From Balanoglossus misakiensis (lineage: Eukaryota; Animalia; Hemichordata), in the NCBI GenBank assembly GCA_040954595.2, contig CM082585.2:882814-946813 (forward strand): DNA of 64,000 nt. Direction: 5' to 3'. The position numbers and the translations under genes were made by a program. The notes beneath the pieces are model-generated. The model made no database searches and had not been told where the DNA came from. It saw only the letters and a list, made by a program, of their open reading frames with translations. Positions 56,101 through 64,000 of the stretch are shown piece by piece. The stretch's first letter is position 1. Each line of letters begins with the position of its first letter.

Positions 56101-59100
56101 AAATTTTGAGATTTTGCAAAGACGAAAATTTGTCATTTTTTGATGATTTTCACCCATGATTTTTTTTCAAAAATCGACGAAATTTTGAGATTTTGCAAAG
56201 AGGAGAATTTGTCATTTTTTCATGATTTTCCCCCATGATTTTTTTCAAAAATCGACGAAATTTTGAGATTTTGCAAAGTCGAAAATTTTGTCATTTTTTG
56301 ATGATTTTCAACCATGATTTTTTTTTCAAAAATCGACGAAAATTTGAGATTTTGCAAAGACGAAAATTTGTCATTTTTGATGATTTTTACCCATGATTTT
56401 TTTTCAAAAATGGACGAAATTTTGAGATTTTGCAAAGACGAAAATTTGTCATTTTTTGATGATTTTCACCCATGATTTTTTTTCAAAAATCGACGAAATT
56501 TTGAGATTTTGCAAAGTCGTAAATGTGTCATTTTTTGATGATTTTCACCAGTTTTTTTTTTTTAAATTTGTCATTTTTTCATGATTTTCCCCCATGATTT
56601 TTTTTCAAAAATCGACGAAAATTTGAGATTTTGCAAAGACGAAAATTTGTCATTTTCGATGATTTTTACCCATGATTTTTTTTCAAAAATGGACGAAATT
56701 TTGAGATTTTGCAAAGACGAAAATTTGTCATTTTTTGATGATTTTCACCCATGATTTTTTTCAAAAATCGACGAAATTTTGAGATTTTGCAAAGAGGAAA
56801 ATTTGTCATTTTTTCATGATTTTCCCCCATGATTTTTTTCAAAAATCGACGAAAATTTGAGATTTTCCAAAGACGAAAATTTGTCATTTTTGATGATTTT
56901 TACCCATGATTTTTTTTCAAAAATGGACGAAATTTTTAGATTTTGCAAAGACGAAAATTTGTCATTTTTTGATGATTTTCACCCATGATTTTTTTCAAAA
57001 ATCGACGAAATTTTGAGATTTTGCAAAGTCGAAAATTTGTCATTTTTTGATGATTTTCATCCATGATTTTTTTTTAAAAATTGACGAAATTTTGAGATTT
57101 TGCAAAGTCGAAAATTTGTCATTTTTTGATGATTTTCACCTATGATTTTTTTCAAAAAAAGACGAAATTTTGAGATTTTGCGAAGTCGAAAATTTTTCAT
57201 TTTTTGATGATTTTCACCCATGATTTTTTTCAAAAATCGACGAAATTTTGAGATTTTGCAAAGTCGAAAATTTGTCATTTTTTGATGATTATCACCTATG
57301 ATTTTTTTAAAAATTGACGAAATTTTGAGATTTTGCAAAGTCGAAAATTTGTCATTTTTTGATGATTTTCACCTATGATTTTTTTCAAAAATCGACAAAA
57401 TTTTGAGATTTTGCAAAGTCGAAAATTTGTCATTTTTTGATGATTTTCACCCATGATTTTTTTCAAAATCGACGAAATTTTGTGATTTTACAAAGTCGAA
57501 AATTTTGTCATTTTTTGATGATTTTCAACCATGATTTTTTTTCAAAAATCGACGAAAATTTGAGATTTTGCAAAGTCGAAAATTTGTCATTTTTTGATAA
57601 TGTTCACCTATGATTTTTTTTCAAAAAAAAAGACAAAATTTTGAGATTTTGCAAAGTCGAAAATTTGTCATTTTTTGATGATTTTCCCCCATGATTTTTT
57701 TCAAAAATCGACGAAATTTTGAGATTTTGCAAAGTCGAAAATTTGTCATTTTTTGATGATTTTCACCCATGTTTTTTTTAAAAAAATCGACGAACCTATG
57801 ATTTTTTTCAAAATCGACGACATTTTGAGATTTTGCAAAGTCGAAAATTTGTCATTTTTTGATGATTTTCAACCATTATTTTTTTTCAAAAATCGACGAA
57901 ATTTTGAGATTTTGCAAAGTCGAAAATTTGTCATTTTTTGATGATTTTCAACCATTATTTTTTTTCAAAAACCGACGAAATTTTGAGATTTTGCAAAGTC
58001 GAAAATTTGTCATTTTTTGATGATTTTCAACCATTATTTTTTTCAAAAATCGACGAAATTTTGAGATTTTGCAAAGTCGAAAATTTGTCATTTTTTGATG
58101 ATTTTCACCCATGATTTTTTTCGAAAATCGACGAAATGTTGAGTTTTTGCAAAGTCGAAAATTTGTCATTTTTTGATGATTTTCATCCATGATTTTTTTT
58201 TAAAAATCGACGAAATTTTGAGATTTTGCAAAGTCGAAAATTTGTCATTTTTTGATGATTTTCACCTATGATTTTTTTCAAAAAAAGACAAAATTTTGAG
58301 ATTATGCGAAGTCGAAAATTTTTAATTTTTTGATGATTTTCACCCATGATTTTTTTCAAAAATCGACGAAATTTTGAGATTTTGCAAAGTCGAACATTTG
58401 TCATTATTTGATGATTTTCACCAATGTTGTTTTTAAAAAATCGACGAACCCATGATTTTTTTCAAAAATCGACGAAATTTTGAGATTTTGCAAAGTCGAA
58501 AATTTGTCATTTTTTGATGATTTTCAACCATGATTTTTTTCTAAAAATTGACGAAATTTTGAGATTTTGCAAAGTCGAAAATTTGTCATTTTTTGATGAT
58601 TTTCACCAATGTTGTTTTTAAAAAATCGACGAACCCATGATTTTTTTCAAAATCGACGAAATTTTGAGATTTTGCAAAGTCGAAAATTTGTCATTTTTTG
58701 ATGATTTTCAACCATTATTTTTTTTCAAAAATCGGCGAAATTTTGAGATTTTGCAAAGTCGAAAATTTGTCATTTTTTGATGATTTTCACCTATGATTTT
58801 TTTCAAAAATCGACGAAATGTTGAGATTTTGCAAAGTCGAAAATTTGTCATTTTTTGATGATTTTCACCCATGATTTTTTTCAAAAATCGACGAAATTTT
58901 GAGATTTTGCAAAGTCGAAAATTTGTCATTTTTTGATGATTTTCCCCCATGATTTTTTTCAAAAATCGACGAAATTTTGAGATTTTGCAAAGTTGAAAAT
59001 TTTTCAAAAATCGACGAAATTTATAGATTTTGCAAAGAGGAAAATTTGTCATTTTTCGATGATTTTCACCCATGATTTTTTTCAAAATTGACGAAATTTT

Positions 59101-61508
59101 GAGTTTTTGCAGTCGAAAATTTGTCATTTTTTGATGATTTTCACCCGTTTTTTTTTCAAAAATCGACGAAATTTTGAGATTTTGCAGTCGAAAATTTGTC
59201 ATTTTTTGATGATTTTCCCCATGATTTTTTTCAAAAATTGACGAAATTTTGAAATTTTGCAGTCGAAAATTTGTCATTTTTTGATCATTTTCCCCATGAT
59301 TTTTTTCAAAAATCGACGAAATTTTGAGATTTTGCAAAGTCGAAAATTTGTCATTTTTTGATGATTTTCACCCTTGATTTTCTTCAAAAATCGACGAAAT
59401 TTTGAGATTTTGCAAAGTCGAAAATTTATCATTTTTTGATGATTTTCACCCATGATTTTTTTCAAAAATCGATGAAATTTTGAGATTTTGCAGTAAAAAA
59501 ATTGTCATTTTTTGATGATTTTCACCCATGATTTTTTTCAAAATTGACGAAATTTTGAGATTTTGCAGTCGAAAATTTGTCATTTTTTGATCATTTTCCC
59601 CCATGATTTTTTTCAAAAATTGACGAAATTTTCAGATTTTGCAAAGTCGAAAATTTGTCATTTTTTGATTATTTTCACCCATGATTTTTTTCAAAAATCG
59701 ACGAAATTTTGAGATTTTGCGAAGTCGAAAATTTGTCATTTTTTGATGATTTTCACCCATGATTTTTTTCAAAAATCGACGAAATGTTGAGATTTTGCAA
59801 AGTCAAAAAATTGTCATTTTTTGATGATTTTCACCCATGATTTTTTTCAAAAATCGACGAAATGTTGAGATTTTGCAAAGTCGAAAATTTTGTCATTTTT
59901 TGATGATTTTCAACCATGATTTTTTTTCAAAAATCGACGAAAATTTGAGATTTTGCAAAGATGAAAATTTGTCATTTTTGATGATTTTTACCCATAATTT
60001 TTTTTCAGAAATGGACGAAATTTTGAGATTTTGCAAAGTCGAAAATGTGTCATTTTTTGATGATTTTCACCCGTTTTTTTTTCAAAATTTGTCATTTTTT
60101 CATGATTTTCACCCATGATTTTTTTCAAAAATCTAAGAAATTTTGAGATTTTGCAAAGTCGAAAATTTGTCATTTTTTGATGATTTTCCCCCATGATTTT
60201 TTTCAAAAATCGACGAAATTTTGAGATTTTGCAAAGTCGAAAATTTGTCATTTTTTGATGATTTTCACCCATGATTTTCTTCAAAAATCGACGAAATTTT
60301 GAGATTTTGCAAAGTCGAAAATTTGTCATTTTTTGATTATTTTCACCCATGATTTTTTTCAAAAATCGACGAAATTTTGAGATTTTGCGAAGTCGAAAAT
60401 TTGTCATTTTTTGATGATTTTCACCCATGATTTTTTTCAAAAATCGACGAAATGTTGAGATTTTGCGAAGTCGAAAATTTGTCATTTTTTGATGATTTTC
60501 ACCCATGATTTTTTTCAAAAATCGACGAAATGTTGAGATTTTGCAAAGTCGAAAATTTGTCATTTTTTGATGATTTTCACCCATGATTTTTTTCAAAAAT
60601 CGACGAAATGTTGAGATTTTGCAAAGTCAAAAAATTGTCATTTTTTGATGATTTTCACCCATGATTTTTTTCAAAAATCGACGAAATGTTGAGATTTTGA
60701 AAAGTCGAAAATTTTGTCATTTTTTGATGATTTTCAACCATGATTTTTTTTCAAAAATCGACGAAAATTTGAGATTTTGCAAAGATGAAAATTTGTCATT
60801 TTTGATGATTTTTACCCATAATTTTTTTTCAGAAATGGACGAAATTTTGAGATTTTGCAAAGTCGAAAATGTGTCATTTTTTGATGATTTTCACCCGTTT
60901 TTTTTTCAAAATTTGTCATTTTTTCATGATTTTCACCCATGATTTTTTTCAAAAATCTAAGAAATTTTGAGATTTTGCAAAGTCGAAAATTTGTCATTTT
61001 TTGATGATTTTCACCCATGATTTTCTTCAAAAATCGACGAAATTTTGAGATTTTGCAAAGTCGAAAATTTGTCATTTTTTGATTATTTTCACCCATGATT
61101 TTTTTCAAAAATCGACGAAATTTTGAGATTTTGCGAAGTCGAAAATTTGTCATTTTTTGATGATTTTCACCCATGATTTTTTTCAAAAATCGACGAAATG
61201 TTGAGATTTTGCGAAGTCGAAAATTTGTCATTTTTTGATGATTTTCACCCATGATTTTTTTCAAAAATCGACGAAATGTTGAGATTTTGCAAAGTCGAAA
61301 AATTGTCATTTTTTGATGATTTTCACCCATGATTTTTTTCAAAAATCGACGAAATGTTGAGATTTTGCAAAGTCGAAAATTTTGTCATTTTTTGATGATT
61401 TTCAACCATGATTTTTTTTCAAAAATCGACGAAAATTTGAGATTTTGCAAAGATGAAAATTTGTCATTTTTGATGATTTTTACCCATAATTTTTTTTCAG
61501 AAATGGAC
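2191..61508. repeat. Satellite DNA array, 78-bp monomer, 59.3 kb, single orientation
   Basis: Consensus CCATGATTTTTTTCAAAAATCGACGAAATTTTGAGATTTTGCAAAGTCGAAAATTTGTCATTTTTTGATGATTTTCAC (78 bp, 21 G+C = 27%). The first copy at 2191-2268 is an exact consensus. It runs continuously to 61508 with 76-81-bp, ~42-bp and ~28-bp variant units. I saw no inversion or foreign insert by eye. Confidence 0.99.
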
Positions 61509-62121
61509 TGTGGCTGAAGCCATGCAAAAACAAAGGAATTTCGTATTTTTAATTATGAGGGATATGCACGAACAGTTTGTTGCTTTAAAAACCTTACTCC
61601 ATAAAAATAGTTCCCTTTTTGTTACGAGTTTCGATATTGTAGACTTTTAATTTTCACAGAGAAAGATGTTGTGACTTTATGTGTACCTTTGAAGGTCATT
61701 GTGAACACATCGACAAACCATATTTCGCCCAAAAGTTTTACAAGTAATCCATCTACGATTGTCATATCACTACACATTTTTACCTCGTGTTTTCGACTTC
61801 GCTATGGGACGGTGAAGTACACCCTCGTCTCTCGTTTCGCACCCTTCGATATTTCGTTCGTATTTCGAAACTTCCCGACCACAAGGCTTTACAAGTCGCC
61901 AGCGAGGTAATATATCTTTCGGTATTCTTACAGATATGAATTCTATTTCGTGAAACTTTATTGTAATTAGACTTTGACGAGTTGTCTGCATCTTGTACAT
62001 CAGTCACGTACATCGAACTGTGTTGCTTGCACATATCTGTTTTAGATTGAAATCATTCTCGATTTTTGTATATGTAATTCTTTCGATTTGACATTTTGTA
62101 TTTGTATTTATGTTTCAGTTT

Positions 62122-62274
62122 TTACGGTTTACGGTTTACTCGGCCTATACCATTCGGTCTTGGTCTATTCGAGACAAGGTCTATTACGGTCTTTTCGTAC
62201 CACGGTTTATTCGGTCTATTCGAATCAGTCTCGGTCATTCTCGAGGTCTATTTGGCCTATTCGCATCGAGGTCT
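62122..62274 (+). repeat. Degenerate ~10-bp CGGTCTATT-type repeat cluster inside the LTR
   Basis: TTTACGGTTTACGGTTTACTCGGCCTATAC..TCGGTCTTGGTCTATTCGAG..GGTCTATTACGGTCTTTTCG..CGGTTTATTCGGTCTATTCG..CGGTCATTCTCGAGGTCTATTTGGCCTATTCG contains about a dozen GGYYTWTT-like cores. Confidence 0.75.
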
Positions 62275-62351
62275 GCGCACATCTCGTCTTTCGACTATTG
62301 TGTACAGTCTCGTACGGTCGCTTTCGGCGATCGCTCGATCGATTTATCGAT

Positions 62352-62357
62352 AATAAA
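62352..62357 (+). promoter_or_regulatory. Candidate LTR polyadenylation signal AATAAA
   Basis: It is a canonical hexamer near the inferred 3' end of the LTR, the expected position within an LTR. Confidence 0.55.
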
Positions 62358-62424
62358 CCGAAGACCCGTATATGGAAACTCGACTCTGACTTTTGAATAT
62401 TACGGAAAAGCTTTGGCGGTCACA

Positions 62425-62496
62425 GTAAAAACTCGGGCGAAAGTAAAAACTCGGGCGAAAGTAAAAACTCGAGCGCGAGTAGGAACTCGGACCTTC
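62425..62496 (+). repeat. 18-bp tandem repeat immediately after the LTR (primer-binding-site position)
   Basis: GTAAAAACTCGGGCGAAA (62425-62442), identical copy (62443-62460), GTAAAAACTCGAGCGCGA (62461-62478), GTAGGAACTCGGACCTTC (62479-62496), plus a further GAACTCGG core near 62503. Confidence 0.9.
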
Positions 62497-62742
62497 GAAA
62501 CAGAACTCGGAACGGACGTAAGTCTTTCAACGATTTTATTGCTGTTCGATTTGGAGGTAAAATTATCGTCCTACATCATTGTGTGTGACGTCATCGGTTC
62601 ATCCGAAGACTCGTCGTCGAGGGCGCTGTTACATGGTTCAGCCAATATTCGCCTATTACCCTACTGTTGAATCAACCCATGAAGACTACAGACTGCAGAG
62701 AAGAGTGAAGATGTTCAGCGACTGTTAACAGAAGCAGCAGAT

Positions 62743-62879
62743 TGAACATTCTGGACACTCTCCTTCAGAATTAGGACAAAATATTGAACATTGACTTTGA
62801 ACATTAATATTGAACTTTGAACTCTGAGCACATTTCCTCATTGTCATTTTGGCTTGTGTGCATGTGTGATTTGAACATT
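62743..62879 (+). repeat. TGAACATT motif cluster in the retrotransposon 5' leader
   Basis: TGAACATT at 62743, 62785, 62798 and 62872; variants TGAACTTT at 62811 and TGAACTCT at 62818. Confidence 0.7.
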
Positions 62880-63130
62880 CAGTTTTATCAATGTCCCCAA
62901 ATTGTGCACATTAGTGTCACTCGTATCAGCCTTTGCGATACAAAGAGTCTCCTTTGTTGAAACTCACAGTTTTGTATTTGTCAAAGTGTTTGAAATTTTT
63001 CACTGTCAGTACCCGGCATCAAATTGCTTGTGTAATTACTCCCTCGGGTTTAGATTTCCAAATTTGTATCTACACTGAATAGTCACAGTGATTGTTTCAG
63101 CTCTCTAGTTGTGTTCACCCAAGTTCAACT

Positions 63131-64000
63131 ATGGCCGAAAGGGACACACAGGAATCAGTGCCAACCGCTGATGATCAAGGTAAGCCTGATGAAACAGATC
63201 AAATTGTAACAAAAGCAGAGATTCATGAAACTGAAATGGATGAAAATGTGTATACATTACGCAGATCAGAACGAGTACCCAAGCTTACTGAGAAAGCTAG
63301 GGAAGGTAAGTTAATTGATTTGGAGAAGCAGTTCTGGCGTACTCACAATCGGTTGTTGTCATGTGTGAAAAACCCTGACATATTCGACAAAGAGTCTGTA
63401 GAAAACATATATACTATTTTGAAAGAAATAGAGCGCGAGCGCACTGTTTTGATTGAAATTCATGATCAGATACGCGCCGTGTCGGACACCCCCTTAGAGG
63501 ATGTATTGAAAGCCGTCGATCGTTTGAATTTGCGCGTGGATAGTGCCATCAATTATGCACAGCGACTGATTGCGCGAGCCGATGCTCATAGCTCGGTTTC
63601 ATTTGGATCCGTGCCTTCGCATCACACAAAGTCAAGCTCTAGGTCATCCAAACGATCCAGCTCTTCCAGTACGTCATCAGTACGGAGAAACGCTGCTGTC
63701 AGGGCAGCTGCCCTACAGGCGGAAATCGAGGCAAAACATGAAGAGACAGCACATGAAGAGGAATTGGAACACTTAGAGGCAGAAATACGTCGTAAGAAAA
63801 GAGTGTTAGAACGACAGAAATTAGTGGGAGAACTGCATGTGGAGAAAGCGAAGATAGCTGCTTGTGAAAGAGAAGAACTACTTGACAACCTGCCATTAAC
63901 AAAGACTGTGTTTCCACCGGTGACGAGCGAGTTACCTATCGTGAAGACCGAACCGATCAGCCAGTCGACACCAGCTGCTCACATTCCCACGCGTACTGTA
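63131..64000 (+). CDS. gag: Gag(-Pol) polyprotein N-terminus of a BEL/Pao-like LTR retrotransposon; 290 codons, 3'-partial
   Basis: My translation from ATG 63131 is open to the window end: MAERDTQESVPTADDQGKPDETDQ...TLRRSERVPKLTEKAREGKLIDLEKQFW...HSSVSFGSVPSHHTKSSSRSSKRSSSSSTSSVRRNAAVRAAALQAEIEAKHEETAHEEELEHLEAEIRRKKRVLERQKLVGELHVEKAKIAACEREE...PTRTV. The RRSxRxxxLTEK motif, helical region, Ser-rich tract and Ala/Glu/Lys coiled coil are the arrangement I recognise in BEL/Pao Gag N-termini. It is absent from the ORF track because it has no stop in the window. Confidence 0.85.
   Translation, partial: MAERDTQESVPTADDQGKPDETDQIVTKAEIHETEMDENVYTLRRSERVPKLTEKAREGKLIDLEKQFWRTHNRLLSCVKNPDIFDKESVENIYTILKEIERERTVLIEIHDQIRAVSDTPLEDVLKAVDRLNLRVDSAINYAQRLIARADAHSSVSFGSVPSHHTKSSSRSSKRSSSSSTSSVRRNAAVRAAALQAEIEAKHEETAHEEELEHLEAEIRRKKRVLERQKLVGELHVEKAKIAACEREELLDNLPLTKTVFPPVTSELPIVKTEPISQSTPAAHIPTRTV

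Larger units (their letters stand above)
61509..62424 (+). repeat. Putative 5' LTR (916 bp)
   Basis: It starts TGTGGC exactly at the satellite junction and ends GTCACA (reverse complement TGTGAC, 5 of 6 matching the start). AATAAA at 62352-62357 lies 67 nt before the end. The 3' boundary is inferred because the partner LTR is not in the window. Confidence 0.7.
61509..64000 (+). mobile_element. LTR retrotransposon, BEL/Pao-like, 5' portion (LTR, leader, start of gag); continues beyond the window
   Basis: The satellite breaks mid-monomer (AAATGGAC|TGTGGC). A TG...CA-bounded segment with AATAAA follows, then a ~700-bp leader and a long ORF with BEL-type Gag N-terminal features. Pol domains and the second LTR are outside the window, so the superfamily call rests on the Gag N-terminus. 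Confidence 0.8.

Noticed and set aside
2191-61508. CRISPR array or other repeat-spacer system
   Set aside because: The units are contiguous copies of one sequence with point and indel variants. There are no unique spacers and no cas genes, and the context is eukaryotic.
2191-61508. Homopolymer length differences (T6-T12) as informative variants
   Set aside because: Some are reproducibly linked to monomer types, but the longer runs are prone to slippage and sequencing error, so single-base differences between duplicated blocks were not interpreted.
2039-61517. Roughly 200 ORFs with repeats such as MGENHQKMTNFRLCKISKFRRFLKKI and MIFTHDFFSKIDEILRFCK
   Set aside because: The monomer is 78 bp (26 codons) and one minus-strand frame happens to be stop-free. 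Frames break constantly at homopolymer length changes, with no sign of frame conservation, so these are satellite translation artefacts and not a repeat protein.
61620-61675. Alternative LTR starts at TGTTACG (~61620) or TGTTGTG (~61667)
   Set aside because: TG at 61509 coincides exactly with the satellite breakpoint and best mirrors the GTCACA end. The alternatives would leave 110-160 bp unexplained.
61671-62670. Overlapping ORFs in the LTR, including the 186-aa ORF with VKTRAK repeats
   Set aside because: They lie in low-complexity LTR and leader sequence. The VKTRAK repeat is just the 18-bp DNA repeat, and there is no protein-family signal.
63570-63917. Track ORFs 63570..63776, 63622..63888 and 63699..63917
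   Set aside because: They are shadow frames overlapping the longer gag-like ORF that starts at 63131.

Overview
This is animal (probably invertebrate) repetitive DNA with no host gene visible. (1) 1-1309 is the 3' end of a non-LTR retrotransposon (LINE). Its ORF is split at a TTAA by a 795-bp MITE with 125-bp TIRs (287-1081, Kolobok-like ends), and removing the MITE restores the reading frame. (2) About 1640-2192 holds an old, degenerate ~250-bp tandem repeat. (3) 2191-61508 is a 59.3-kb head-to-tail satellite array of a 78-bp AT-rich monomer (roughly 760-800 units) with a patchwork of local higher-order repeats and regionally restricted variants. Almost all ORFs in the supplied track are translation artefacts of this array. 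(4) 61509-64000 is the 5' end of a BEL/Pao-type LTR retrotransposon inserted mid-monomer: a ~916-bp LTR (TG...CA), a tandem 18-bp repeat where a tRNA primer-binding site is expected, and a gag-like ORF from 63131 that runs off the window and is missing from the ORF track. I see no evidence of a new multi-gene system. The best leads are the satellite architecture (possibly centromeric or pericentromeric), the atypical primer-site region, and the nested palindromic MITE. All family assignments come from motif recognition by eye, not database searches.
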